Of a DNA stretch of 64,000 nucleotides, positions 49,422 to 61,524 are shown piece after piece. Location: the NCBI GenBank assembly GCA_014905635.1, contig JABVCE010000004.1, positions 496,001-560,000 of the forward strand, written 5' to 3'. This DNA is from Scenedesmus sp. PABB004. Its lineage: Eukaryota. The notes beneath the pieces are model-generated. The model was not told the origin of the DNA, searched no databases, and saw only the letters and a list, made by a program, of their open reading frames with translations. Numbering within the stretch: the first letter of the stretch is position 1; every line of letters begins with the position of its first letter. A program made the translations under genes and the position numbers.

Positions 49422-50170
49422 AGCGGCGCGGCAGGCGCAGCGCGGCGCGGCGCCGCCGCGGCCGGTCTCGGGGCGCGGCCTGGCCCGCAATCCGGGCGCG
49501 GGCGCGGTCCGGGGCGCTGAATCTGCCGGCGCCGGGGCCCCGCGGCAGTCGCGGCGCGCGGTTTGGCGCGGGGCAAGGAAGGCCGCCTGCGCGCGCCCCG
49601 CCGGCCTGCGCCAGTTGCCCGCCCGCGCGTAGTTGAGTAGGGGCAGCCGAGGGCGCACCGCGCAGCACCTCGCCCGCTGCGCGCGCGCGAGCCAGCCCCG
49701 CGCAGCGCAGCAGCTCGCGGCCCGGCAGCAGCGCGTGAGATGGACGGCCGCAAGCGGGCGGGGCTGGACGGCACGGAGGCACGCGCCACCAAGCGGGCGG
49801 CGCGGGCGGCGCAGGCCGGCGCGGTGAGGCGGGGGGCGGGGCAATCCGCGCCAACAGCCAGCGAACGCGCGCGCGCGCCGGCCCGGGATCCGCCCGCCGA
49901 GCCGGCCCGCGCCGCGACTTATGGCGCCTCACGGCGCTGCGGTGCGCCCCGCCGCCGCCCCGCGTCCGTTGTAGGCGCGCGCGGTGCAGCAGGAGTCCCG
50001 GGACGAGCTCGCCTTTGCGCCCCGCGGCGGCGACGGCGGCCCGGAGCTGCCGTGGTGGGCTGGCGCGCCCAGGGGCGCGGGCGGCGCGCTGCCGCGCGCG
50101 GCGCGCGCGTCGGAGAGCGCCGGCGCAATCAGCCTCGCGCAGTGGCAGCAGGTGCGCGCCCGGCGCCGCC
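49422..50170. repeat. Left arm of a ~750-bp near-identical inverted duplication (partner 53065..53810)
   Basis: Reverse complement of 53065..53810 with few differences; the shared peptides MDGRKRAGLDG and QESRDELAFAPRGG appear on opposite strands in the ORF track. Confidence 0.95.
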
Positions 50171-50707
50171 CGTGCGCGCGTGGTGCACGGCCGCGGCTAC
50201 CTGCAGGCCAGGGGAGCCGCTGCCAGGGGCTCACGCCGCCGCCGTGGCGCGCCGCAGGCCGAGGCGTGCCAGAGCCGGTCGGCGGCGAGCCTGCAGCGCT
50301 GGGCGCACCCCGGCGGCGCACACTGCCCCTGGTGAGCGGCTGCACGGTGCTGGGAGTCACTCGCGCGGCGCCGCGGCAATTGCGCGCGCGCCGCCCGCGC
50401 CGCGCGGCCCGCCGGCAGCGGCCGACACGCCGCCGCGCGCGCCGCCGCCCGCAGCTCGCTGAGTGAGGCCGACGACGACGACAGCCAGGACACGGCCAAC
50501 AGCAGCTCCTCGGAGGGCAGCGCCGGCGCGGGCGCGCTGCCGGAGCGGCAGCAGCGGCTGCCGGCGGGCGGCGACGGCAGCATCACGAGCGCGCGGCCGC
50601 TCGCCGCGTCGTCGGCCGCGTTCAGCTTCGGGCCCCTGCCCCTGGACGCCCCCGCGGCGGAGCTGGTGCTCGCCTGGCCGGCGGCCGGGGCGTCGCCCGG
50701 CCGGTAG
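49740..50707 (+). CDS. Small four-exon hypothetical protein whose promoter and exons 1-2 are duplicated in the inverted repeat
   Basis: MDGRKRAGLDGTEARATKRAARAAQAGA|(Q)QESRDELAFAPRGG...PWWAG...ISLAQWQQ|AEACQSRSAASLQRWAHPGGAHCP|..SLSEADDDDSQD...ELVLAWPAAGASPGR*, with gtgagg, gtgcgc and gtgagc donors. Confidence 0.6.
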
Positions 50708-51855
50708 CGGCGGCGGCCAGCAGCAGCAGCGGCAGGGCAGCGCCAGGCTGGCGCGCGGGGCGCCGCAGATTCGGCGTCGAGCTACGGCGCGCGAGCCCTG
50801 TGCTCTGGGCGTTTTGCGTCGCTCCATAGGTAGGGGCAGGACAGGACAGACAGGGCGGCCGGGCGCATGCGCCCTGCAGCTGCGCGCCCTGCCAGGGCGG
50901 CCCGCGCCGCCAGCCAGCGGCAGCGTCTCGAGCGCCGGGGGGGGGGGCACAAAAAATAACGCACTGCAAGCTTTTCGGGCACGCCGCGGCGGCGCACTGG
51001 CAAGGTCGCCCCGGGTCTAGGAGTCAGTGGGGGCTGCAGGCGGGTGGCAGGCTAGCAGCAGCCGTTTTCGGCGCGCGGGCGCCGGAGCGCCCCGCGTCTG
51101 CGCGGCATGCCCTCACGGAGCAGCAGCAGCAGCAGCAGCCGCGGCGCGGCGGCAGGGGCGGGGGTTTTAGTAGGTGTTCTGTGATGATGATGATGATGAT
51201 CATGATCATGAGGCGGGGCCGGCAGGCGGGCCGCTCGTGCGGCCGCGGCCCCGACGCACGCATGCAGCAGCGAGAGGGAGAGCCAGTGGGCCCAGTCGGC
51301 GTTGGCGGGCGGCACGCCCACTGGCGTGCCCCGCAGCCCGGCAACGCCGGGGCGGGCCCATGTGCGCCGCGCGCCCGCCGCCGTGTGAGCGCGGCGGGCG
51401 CGCGCGCGGAGTGTCGGGCGCTGCGACGCCACCCGCGCACACGGACTGGGCTGGCGCTGGGCGGGAGCACGCCTCGAACCTGCGGACCTGCGGCCGGCGC
51501 CGACGCCGCGCCCCTGCTGTGTGTTCGCTGTACATACCCCATCGTTTTGCACTGGGTCTGTCAATCAATCAGCCTTCTCCCTCGCTCTTTTCTTTGCACG
51601 GCCGGCGCAGACCTGCGTTCGCGCCCGGACGCCGCCCTGCAGATGGACCCGCGCGCCCTGCTCTCTCTCTCTCTCGCCGGGCGTGCGCGCGCGTCTGCGC
51701 CCCTCGTGCGCAGCGCGGATGTAAACGCGTTACCCAAACGACGACCGCGGCGCGCCCGCGCCTCGCTCCCCTGCACCGCTGCGCGCGCCGGCGCCACAGC
51801 TGGCACAGCTGCCACAGCCCTGCTCGAGCTGGGCCATGAGCTTCTGATCAGAAGC

Positions 51856-52834
51856 TCAGAAGAGCACCTTGCCGGTGAAGGCCTCGAGCGCGAGCAGGCC
51901 GGCGATGCCAATCATCGCGACGCGGCCCGTCCAGAGCTCCAGGCCGGTGTCAAACAGGCCCAGCACCTGCGCGGCGCCGCCGCCCGAGCCCGCGAGGTTG
52001 GCGCTCGTCGCGCTCGCGTGCAGGTCCTGCGCGCGCGGCGCCGGGGCGGGGCGGGGCGGGGTGGGGGTCGGCGCGCGGCGCGGGGTCGGCGGCGCCGCGC
52101 GTGCCGCGGCGGCGTCCGGGGCGGCGGCGCGCCGCTGGGCGCGACCGCGCGCGGCCACCGACCTTGAGGGAGCTGCCGGAGACAAACTTGGGGAAGATGG
52201 AGGCAAAGGTGAGCGCGAGCGACAGCAGCGCGACGCCGCCGACGTCCGCGCCAAACTGCTCCGCCGCGGGGACCTGCTGCTTGAACTCGGCGAGCGCGAT
52301 GCCGGCAAAGCCCAGCATCGCGAGGCGGCCGTTGAGGCGCTGCGCGCGCGGGCGTGGGGGCGGGCGGCTGCGGTGAGCGGCGGCTCACCGCCGCGCGGCG
52401 GGGGCTCCCGGGGCGGCCGGCCAGACGGGGCGGCGGCCGCGGCCGCCGCCGCACCTCGGGCAGCGAGCCGCTGAACGCAAAGACGTCGCGCGCCGTCTCA
52501 GTGTCCTGGGGCCACGTCAGCACGGGCGGGCTGCGCGGCGCCACGGCGCTGTCGTCCGCAGCCGCCCGCACCAGCGCGGCGCTCCTGCCGCGCCGCACGC
52601 CCGCCGCGCCGCCGGCGCGCGGCAGCACCGCGCCGCGCGCGGTGCGGCCGCTGCTGCACGCCACCTGCGGTTCAGGAGCCGAGCCGGGCGCGGCGGGTGA
52701 GCGGTGGCCGCGACAGGCGCGCACGCTGCTGCAGCCACGATTGGCGCCCCCCGCGCGCGGGCTCGCCCTGCGGCCGCTCGCGCCGTCGCCACGCGCACCT
52801 CTGCGCCCCTCACGGCCTGCATGCGGAGCGCCAT
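51856..52834 (-). CDS. ELIP: Three-helix early light-induced / carotene-biosynthesis-related protein (LHC superfamily)
   Basis: Transit peptide MALRMQA|VACSSGR...VRAAA, FAFSGSLPE|RLNGRLAMLGF (helix 1 ExxNGRxAM), second hydrophobic helix, ELWTGRVAMIG (helix 3), ending GKVLF*. Confidence 0.9.
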
Positions 52835-53064
52835 TGGTGCTGCGCTGACGGCAGGCCCGCGGGCGCGGCAGCAATCGTGTGGTGCGGCGCTCGAGCGGCT
52901 GGCGAGGGAGCTCGCGGGGGGATGCGTGTGGGCGCGGTGTCCGAGTGGCAGCGCGACCAGCCAATTGCCCGGAGGCGGTGTCGACGCGCGGCGGCGCAGG
53001 GCTCTAGCGCGCGCCGTCGAGGTCCGCCGCTCGCGCCCCGGCCGCGCACCGGCGCTCGCCTGCT

Positions 53065-53810
53065 GGCGGCGCCGGGCGCGCACCTGCTGCCACTGCGCGA
53101 GGCTGATTGCGCCGGCGCTCTCTGACGCGCGCGCCGCGCGCGGCAGCGCGCCGCCCGCGCCCCTGGGCGCGCCAGCCCACCACGGCAGCTCCGGGCCGCC
53201 GTCGCCGCCGCGGGGCGCAAAGGCGAGCTCGTCCCGGGACTCCTGCTGCACCGCGCGCGCCTACAACGGACGCGGGGCGGCGGCGGGGCGCACCGCAGCG
53301 CCGTGAGGCGCCATAAGTCGCGGCGCGGGCCGGCTCGGCGGGCGGATCCCGGGCCGGCGCGCGCGCGCGTTCGCTGGCTGTTGGCGCGGATTGCCCCGCC
53401 CCCCGCCTCACCGCGCCGGCCTGCGCCGCCCGCGCCACCCGCTTGGTGGCGCGTGCCTCCGTGCCGTCCAGCCCCGCCCGCTTGCGGCCGTCCATCTCGC
53501 GCGCTGCTGCCGGGCCGCGAGCTGCTGCGCTGCGCGGGGCTGGCTCGCGCGCGCGGCGGGCGAGGTGCTGCGCGGTGCGCCCTCGGCTGCCCCTACTCAA
53601 CTACGCGCGGGCGGGCAACTGGCGCGGGCCGGCGGGGCGCGCGCAGGGAGGCCTTCCTTGCCCCGCGCCAAACCGCGCGCCGCGACTGCCGCGGGGCCCC
53701 GGCGCCGGCAGATTCAGCGCCCCGGACCGCGCCCGCGCTCGGATTGCGGGCCCGGCCGCGCCCCGAGACCGGCCGCGGCGCCGCGCCGCGCTGCGCCTGC
53801 CGCGCCCGCT
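53065..53810. repeat. Right arm of the inverted duplication; partial (pseudo)copy of the 49740 gene on the - strand, upstream of ELIP
   Basis: Contains the ATG at 53495 (-) and exons 1-2 of the 49740 gene; homology ends ~19 nt into intron 2. Confidence 0.9.
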
Positions 53811-54167
53811 GCGCCTGCCGCGCCCCCTGCGCCTGCCGTGCCCGCTGCGGCTCTGAGCACACGTCGCGCCTCGCGCGGCGCCGTGCAGCGCCGCGCCAGC
53901 CGGCGCCCGCCGGCTGCAATGCCAGGCCTCTCAGGCCAGGCCTCTCCGCCCCCGCTCCTGCCTAGAAAAGAATTCTGTGAGCGCGCGTCGCCGTTATGAT
54001 GGGTGGGAACAGGATGACTCGTGCGCGCCGCCCGTTGGCGTGCGGCCGCCACACTGGAGCTGGCGGGCCGCCCCGCGCCGGCTGCGCGGCACCGCCCCGC
54101 TGCGCATCACCCCCCCCCCCCCCAAAAAAACCACACATACACACACCCGCCCGCCCGCGCGCCCGCG

Positions 54168-57069
54168 TCAAATGCGCGGGAAGAGCCCCGCGCCGCTCGG
54201 CGACGGGCTGCCGCGCGCCCAGCCCGCGCCGCCCGGCGGCGGCGCCGGCGGCGCCGGCCCGTAGCCGTACCCCGCCGGCTGCGGCGGGTACGCGTAGCCG
54301 GGCGGCGGCGCGCCGGGCGCGGCGATGCTCGGGTACATGCGTGGCGAGGGCATGACCGGCGCGCAGGCGGGGCTCGGCATCACGAGCGGCGCCGGCGGCG
54401 CCTCGGGCGGCAGCTCCGGCGGTGCGGGCGCGGCGCGGCGCGGCGCGCGTGAGCTGGCTGACCGGCCACGCAGGCGCGGGGGCGCGCGTGGGCGCGGCCC
54501 CGCAGGCCGCGCCGCAGGCCGCCGCACCTCGTACGCCTTGCCCTTGCCGCCGCCGCCGCCGCCGATGGCAATGACCGCGACCGTCTCGTCGCCGTCCGAC
54601 GGCAGGCGGCCGTGCCCCGGCGGCGCGGCGGCGTAGTCGCCCGGCTTGTAGCACGCGCACGCGCAGCAGCTCTCTGCGGGGCGCGCGGGGCCGTGCGCCG
54701 CACGCGCGGCGGCGGGGCTGGGCTGGGCGGGCCGCGGCGGCGCCCGCGCGCGCGCGCCCCCCGCCGAGCGCCGCGCGCCAGCTCGCACACGCGCGCGCGC
54801 GCGCGCACACCTGACAGCCCGTCGAGCGCCTTGAGCGCGACGAGCCCGCACTGCACCGCCGCCCACGCGACCGCGAGCAGGATGAGCGCGGCCGCCCACT
54901 GCACGAAGAGCTGGTCCCCCAGGTTGCAGCAGAGCCAGGACTTGACCTGGCCGATCACGGCCGACACGCTCGGGTAGTCTAGCAGCGCGATGACGCCGTC
55001 CACGCCCGCCAGCAGCGCCGCGACCGCGCCGGTCGTGGCGTCGAGCACCGCCGCCGCCTGCGCGCGGGCGGGCGGCGCGCGCCGCGCGTGGGCACGCGCG
55101 CCCCGCCGCCGCCGGCAACGGCGCTGCCAGCTGCGCGCGCCCTGGCAGGCGCCCGTGCGCGTGCGCGCCCACGACCCCGCGCCCCCGCGCACCCGTGGCC
55201 GCAGCACAATGCCCTGGTCCGCGAGGCTCCCCAGCACGCCGTCGAGCGTCGCGTTGACCCGGGCCTTGAGCCCCGCCACGTCGTAGTCCGGGTTGAGCCC
55301 CGCGACGAGCTCTGCCACGCCGACGCGCGTGCCGTTGGGCCCGAGGCCGCCGCCGAGGTAGTAGCCCGCGACGCTCGCCGCGAGCGACCCGTTTCCGGCC
55401 TTGAGGCCCACCGCCTTGACCGCGATCCCCTCCACGTTGGCGCACGTGTCGCGGAGCAGCAGCAGCGCGACGGTGTAGATCACAGGCAGCAGACCAAAGA
55501 TGATGAGCAGCACGTTGAGCAGCGACCCGAGCAGGCACAGCCCCGCGGGGAAGTTGCGCAGCGCCGCGACGAGCAGCAGCAGCAGCACCGCCAGCACGAT
55601 CGCGTACGGCGCGAGCAGCCCCTGCGGCGCCGGCGCGGGAGCCGGCGGCGGGGCAGGGCTGGGACGGGCGCCGGGCGCCGCCGCGCGCGCTGCGTGTCCG
55701 CGCGCGCGCTCCCCGCTGCCCCGGCGGCCCCGCGCGCTGCCCCGGCGGCGGCTCACGTAGAAGGCGTACGTCGAGGCCTTGGCCACGAGCCCGCCCGCGC
55801 CGCTGCCGCGGGGCGGCAGGAAGCGCGCCTGGTAGTTGTCCACGGCGGTGACCGTGAGCGCCTCGATGCGGTCCGCGACGCCCGTGACCATGCCGCTCAC
55901 GTTGGACACCATGCCCTGCGCGCCCGCGAGCTGCCCGCTCGCGAGCGCGCCGAGGTCGTCCAGCAGCGACACCACGGGGCCGGTCACCTGCGCGTGCGGC
56001 CGCGCCGCCGGACGAGGCACGCGCGCGCGCGCTGAGCCGCCGCCGCAGCCCGCGCGCGGGGGCCGGCCGGCGCGTGGTGCGTGCGCGCGTGGCGCGGCGC
56101 ACCGACGCGGGGTTGCCGCCGAGGCCGTCGTACGCTTGCTGCGCGTCGCCCAGCGCGCCCCTGAATGCGGCGAGGCTGAACCCATCGACCGTGGCGCGTG
56201 CGTCCGCCACGGCGGCCGCCTGTGCGCTGAGGCCGCCGTCGGCGCCGGACAGCGCGTCGCTGAGGTCCACCGCCGCGCCAGTGATGAAGGTGCCAAGGTT
56301 GGCGCTGGCAAGCGCGGCCGCCGCGCCCGCCACGGCGGCGCCGCCCGCGCCGCTGCTGGCGGCCTGCAGCGTGCTCCAGGCCGCCACGGTCGGCGCGGCG
56401 TCAAACGCGGCCACGCCGGCGCCGATGGCGCCGACCGGCGCCGCCGCCGCGTTGAGCGCGGCGGCGAGGCCGGTCAGCGCCGCCGTGAGCGTGCCGAGGC
56501 TGCCTGCCGCGCCGGCCAGGCTCGCGTCGGCGTCGCCCAGGCTGCCGCGCAGCGCGGTCGCGTCGGGGAGCGACAGGTTGGCCGCCACGCCGTCGATGCG
56601 CGCCGGCAGCAGCGCGAGGCTGTCGGCGCCGGCGTACATGGCGTTGACGTCGGCCAGCGAGCCGTTGAGCAGCGACACCGTCGCGCTCACGTCGGGCGGG
56701 AGCTGGACGATGCTCTCGTTGACGTGCGCCGCGTTACCGAGCAGGTGCTCGAGCGCGGGCGCGCCGCCGCCGAGCCAGGCGGCGTTGAACGCCGCGACGC
56801 CACCCGAGAGCGCGGTCAGCTTGGCGCCGCGCGCGTCGGCGGCGGCCGCGTTCACCGCGTCCAGGCGCGCCAGGAGCGCGGCCATCGGGCTCGCCCCGGG
56901 CGCCTGCATGGCCACGAGCGCGGCCGCGGCGGCCTGGGCGCCGGCGAGCTCCGCCTGCCAGGCCGGCACGTCGACGCCCGCCTGCGCCGCCTTGAGCGCC
57001 TGGAACTCGCCGCCCGGGGCGTCGCGCTGCGCCGCGGCGGCCGCGTCGTCCGCGGGCACGGCCCTGCGC

Positions 57070-57109
<40 letters not shown>

Positions 57110-57682
57110 GGGGCGCCCCGCCGAGCCACACCCAACGCGGGGCCGCCGCGCCGCGCCGCGGTGCGCTGCTGGCGCAGCTGGCGCTCACGCGGCGCCCATC
57201 GCGGTGACGGCGGCGCTGTAGGTGCCCAGCGCGGCCGCCCAGGGCGCGACCGTGAACGCGCGCAGCGTCGCGACGTGGGCGCGCAGCGCCGCGAGGTCGC
57301 CGCCCGGGCCCAGGTCGGCGGCGACGCCGTCGAGCTGCGCCGCGAGCGCGACGCGCAGCGCGGCGTCGAGGTCGTCGAGCGCCGCGGTCAGCGCCGCGGG
57401 CGTGGGCGCGTCGGCGAAGAACGCGTCCACCGCGGCGAGGCCGGCGCGCATGCCGGTCACGTTGACCTCGGCAATGATCCCTTCAAAGGCCGCGAGCGGC
57501 GCGCCCACGGCGGCCGTCTGCGCCGCGAGGTCGCGCACCGCGGCGACGACGGACGCGGGGAAGGCCTGCACGATGTCGACCTCGGCAGACACGCTGCCAG
57601 ACACGTCGCGGTCGAGCGAGGCCATGCCCCAGCCCGCCATCGCGGCGCCGACGGCCGCGCACACGAGCATGATCCCCTGGCC

Positions 57683-57727
<45 letters not shown>

Positions 57728-58573
57728 TGAGCGGGGCGGGTCCAGAGGCGCGGCCGGTCGGCGCGCGGTCTCGGCGCACCTTGCAGACGCGCAGCTTCCG
57801 GCTGAACAGCACCTTGCTGGCGTCCGCGTACGCCTCCTGCTGGCAGCAGCAGACGCACAGGCAGCGCAGGAAGCGCCTGCAGCGGCGCGCCGGCGGCGGC
57901 GGCGGGTCGGCCGCCAGGCGCGCGGAGTGCGCGGGCGCGCCCGCCCCCGACGCCGCCGCCGCGCCGCGCACCAGGCGACGATGAGCAGCAGGCTGAGGAT
58001 GGTGAGCGCGTACAGCGCGCCCACGCCGGCGATCGGCTGAATGGAGTAGCGCTTGAGGTAGGCGATGAGCTCGGGCTTGAGCGCGGCCTTGTCGAACGAG
58101 GCAAACGCGCGGCCCTGCACCACCCACCACACCGGCGCGAGCAGGCTGTCCAGGTCCTCCGCGCTCACGGGCGTGCGCATGAAGGGCGCGACCTGGGGCA
58201 GCGGCGCGCGCGGGGGGTCGTCGGGGCGCGCGCCGCGCGCCGCGCGCCGCGCGCGGGTCGCGGCGCGGCGGTGGCGCCGCCGCAGGCCCTGCCGCGTTCA
58301 GCGTGGCATGGCAGGCGGCCTGCCCCTGCCGCCCCGCTGCCCAGCGGCGCGCCCCGCGGCGGCGCCGCGCCGGCGGCGGCCGGTCTTCGCGGCCGTACAG
58401 CGGGCGACCAATCGGCCCGCCCCGGCGCCTGCGCGCCCCGCGCCCGCGCGCACGTTCTGTTTGGCGTCTTTGCACGTCTCCGCAGCGGCGCTGGGGTCGG
58501 TCAGCGAGGCGCAGAGCAGCACCAGCGCGAGGCCTGCCCAACCCGGCCACGCGAGCCCCCCTCGCCGCGCCAT
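54168..58573 (-). CDS. Large secretory-pathway five-TM protein with prominin/tweety-like topology
   Basis: Signal peptide (MARRGGLAWPGWAGLALVLLCASLT), TM1 followed by a Cys cluster (RFLRCLCVCCC), TM2, a large amphipathic helical loop with NxS/T sites, TM3-TM4 hairpin followed by RDTC, a second loop, WLCC then TM5, and a Cys-rich then Pro/Tyr-rich cytosolic tail ending GLFPRI*. Confidence 0.78.
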
Positions 58574-58942
58574 GGCGGCCGGAGGTCGGTGCTCGAGCTG
58601 TATTGGGAGCAGCAGCTGTCGACGCTGCTGGCTACGCTCCAAAACAGCTCGGCCGCGGAGCTGCCGCACACTGGCCGCTGAGCTGGAGGCCGGCGATGAA
58701 TCAGCATGCGGTTGAGCCCCTGCGTGCGCGCGCGGCGTTGCCAGGGCTGCGGCGCTGCCGGCGGGGCGGGCCGCCGCCGCTGAGCCCTGGGCGCCGGGGC
58801 GTGCTGCGAGAGCCGCGCTCGCCAGAATTGCAAGCAAGCACCCACGCCTGTGCCGCCGCCTGCGTACGCGATCCCGGCCACTGCCTAACCCACCCCGCGC
58901 CTGCTCTACGCGTCGCGCCCGCCGCGCCACAGCGGCCGAGGC

Positions 58943-60358
58943 TCAGCCGCTGGCCAGCCGGCCGCGCGGGCCGGCCGCGGCGCCGCCGCCGCCGCCGTGG
59001 GCGAGGTTGCCGTGGTGCCGGCGCAGGGGCGCCATGCACGCGAGCTCGGCAGGCACCGCGTCGACCGACGCGCTCGCCGCGCCGCCGCGCGGGCGCCGCG
59101 GCCACGGCTGCGCTGGCAGGCCGGCGCCGCCCCAGCTGTGCCGCTGCGGCGGCGGCGCGCCGCGGGGCGCCGGCGCGCCGGCCCTGCCGCCGCTGCTGGC
59201 GGCGCCGACGCTATTGCTGCTGATGCTGCTGCCGCTGCACGGCGGCGGCGTGGCGCCGCCGGGCGCCCACGCGGGCGGGGCCGCCGGCGCCGCCGCCGGC
59301 CCCCGCGGCGGCGCCGCGCTCGCGCCCGCCCTGCCCCGCGCGCCTGGCTCCCCCTCGCACTGTCCGCCCCCCTCGCTCTCGCCCTCCTCCTCGGCGATGC
59401 CGGCCGGCTGCCTGCCGCCGGCGCCGCCCCGGTGCGCGGGCAGGCTGCCGACGCTGCTGGCCACGTCCGGCGCCGCCTCGTGCGCGTGGCCGCTGAAGAC
59501 GCTGGCGCTGCCCCAGTCGGCCGACGCGGCGAGGCAGCTCGGGTTGGAGCTCGCGGGCTCAGCGAGGCTGTCGGCCGGGCCGGCGCACGCCCACGCGGGC
59601 GGCGCGCGCGGCGCGGGCGCCGGCGACAGCGCCTGGCCGTCCTCCAGGCGTGCCTGCCAGCTCAGCGCCAGCCCGCGCAGCTGGTCCGCGACCTGCAGCA
59701 CGTGGCGCTGCACGCGGGCGCTGCTGCGCCCGAGGCGCGGCTGCGCCGACAGCAGCGGGCTGCAGTCGGAGCCGGCGCCGCTGGCGGGCGCGCCGGCCCC
59801 CCGCGCCGCCGCCTCCGCCGGGCGCAGCCGGCTCTTGGCGCGCGCGCTGCCGCCGGTGCCCGGCGTCGCGCCGCCCGGCATCGAGCTGCCCTGGTCGGCA
59901 GCCGCGCCGCGCGGCAGCGGCACGTCCGCGCCGCCGCCGACGCTGCGCGCGCGCCGCGGCTCGGTCGCGGGCTCGCCCGGCGGCTGCTGCCAGGCGCCGA
60001 GGGCGTCCGAGCTGGCGCTGGCGTCGGCGCCAAAGAAGGCGCGCAGGCTCTCGCCCATCTCGCTCGCCGCGGCGGCAGCCGCCGCGATCTCGCGCTCGAG
60101 CGCGGCGCGCGCTGCGGCCTCCGCCGCGAGCGCCTCCTGCGCCGCCGCGCGCGCCGCGGCCTCGCGCTCCAGCGCGGCGCGCAGCCAGGCCACCTCGTCG
60201 GCCAGGCCCGACGCGCGCGCCGCGCCGCCGCCGCCACCGCCGAAGCACTGCGCGCGGCGCGGCCGGCAGCGGCGCGGGCGGCAGCGGGCGCTCACGCGGC
60301 AGCCGGTGCCGCCGCGCCCCGACGGGCCAGAAGGCGGGCGCGCTCGCACCCCAAACAT
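58943..60358 (-). CDS. Hypothetical protein with N-terminal coiled coil and disordered remainder
   Basis: ATG 60358, probable intron from gtgagc, CFGG...LADEVAWLRAALEREAAARAAAQEALAAE, then RVQRHVLQVADQLRGLALSWQARL. Confidence 0.6.
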   Translation of the reverse strand: MFGVRARPPSGPSGRGGTGCRVSARCRPRRCRPRRAQCFGGGGGGAARASGLADEVAWLRAALEREAAARAAAQEALAAEAAARAALEREIAAAAAAASEMGESLRAFFGADASASSDALGAWQQPPGEPATEPRRARSVGGGADVPLPRGAAADQGSSMPGGATPGTGGSARAKSRLRPAEAAARGAGAPASGAGSDCSPLLSAQPRLGRSSARVQRHVLQVADQLRGLALSWQARLEDGQALSPAPAPRAPPAWACAGPADSLAEPASSNPSCLAASADWGSASVFSGHAHEAAPDVASSVGSLPAHRGGAGGRQPAGIAEEEGESEGGGQCEGEPGARGRAGASAAPPRGPAAAPAAPPAWAPGGATPPPCSGSSISSNSVGAASSGGRAGAPAPRGAPPPQRHSWGGAGLPAQPWPRRPRGGAASASVDAVPAELACMAPLRRHHGNLAHGGGGGAAAGPRGRLASG

Positions 60359-60733
60359 GGTCGCTCGGGCGCCGGGGAGCTGCAGGCGGCGGGCGGGGCC
60401 GCGACGGCGGCGCCGCTGATGCCGTGGGCCGCCTCGCGCGCCCTACGCACCCGTGCGCCGGCAGCGCATGACGATTGGCAATGAAAGGATGCAGGTGAGG
60501 GCCTGGCGCTGGCCGCGGCGCGCGGGGGTCGTTGTTGCGGCCTGGAGCAGCGGCGTGAAGCTGCGCTGTGCGGCGCGCACAACAACGGGCGCCAGGGCCG
60601 CGCGCGTTGGCAGGAGAAGGCGGGAGCGGCAGTGCGCTCGCCGCCCCCACCGCCGCTCCCGTCCCGCGACGCTGCGCAGCTCGTTTGAACGCGCGGGGGT
60701 TCACGTGCGAGCCCCGAACGCGCCGGGCGCGGC

Positions 60734-61051
60734 GCGCGCGGGCAACAGGGGCGGGCGAATTGGCGACGACGGGGCCGGCGTCGTTCCACGCGCGCGGCGC
60801 CGTTTGCGTGCCGCCCGATCCCGGGCGCGCGGTGGGAGTGGCGTGGCCGGAGGCGGCGCGCGGTGGCGGCCTTGGCCGCGCGCGCGGCCGCATGGGGGGC
60901 GGGTGCGTGGGGCACACACTACACTCCCACGGCGAGGTAGGGAGGGGGTAGGCAGGCCGCGCGCCGGGCCGCGGCCGCTGCAGCGCACGCGGGGCCGCCG
61001 GGGCGGAGCGGGCGCGGCGCGGGCGCAATCCCGTCCCACACGATGGCGCGA
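60734..61051. repeat. Direct repeat copy 1 (~300 bp; partner 63173..63514)
   Basis: Shares ggcaacaggggcgggcgaattggcgacgacggggccggcg...ggggcacacactacactcccacggcgaggtagggagggggtaggcaggcc with copy 2. Confidence 0.93.
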
Positions 61052-61524
61052 GCGCAGTGTGTTTTACCCTATGCCACGCTGGCAGCAGCAACCAGGCAGC
61101 TGCAGCGCCGCGAGCGGCGACAACAAGGGATGACGTGCGCACCGAGTGCGCGTTCGCGCCCGGGCGCGGCGGCCTGCCTAACGCGAGTACACGCGAGTAC
61201 ACGGGCGGCGGCACAGCCCAATGGGGTAGTACCCAGCGCGGCGGCGGCACAGCAATGCAGGGCACGCACGCACGCCGCCTACTCTCCCCCGCAACCATGT
61301 ACACCCTGGTGGCGCAACAGCGTTGCCTTTTTTATATCCCACAGCGCACCCACACCAGCCGCAAAACTCCGCGTGGCGCGGGCCGATGGGCCGGGCACGC
61401 GCGGCCGGCGAGCGCACGTGCGCTGCGAGGCGCGCGCGCGCGCGGGGCGCGCGGCGCGGGCCCCTGCCTCCCCCCATTGTCGTCGTCGCCGCCGGCCGCC
61501 GGCCGGCCGGCTGCAGCGGGCCGC

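Noticed and set aside
51174..52167. ORFs starting MMMMMMIMIM or MFCDDDDDD
   Set aside because: They arise from a short (GAT)n microsatellite in a 3'/intergenic region and are antisense to ELIP, with no protein-like content.
49422..53810. Inverted repeats as TIRs of a DNA transposon carrying ELIP (Pack-MULE-like)
   Set aside because: The arms consist of host-gene promoter, exon and intron sequence, and no transposase or clear target-site duplication was seen. Kept as an inverted duplication, though copy number should be checked.
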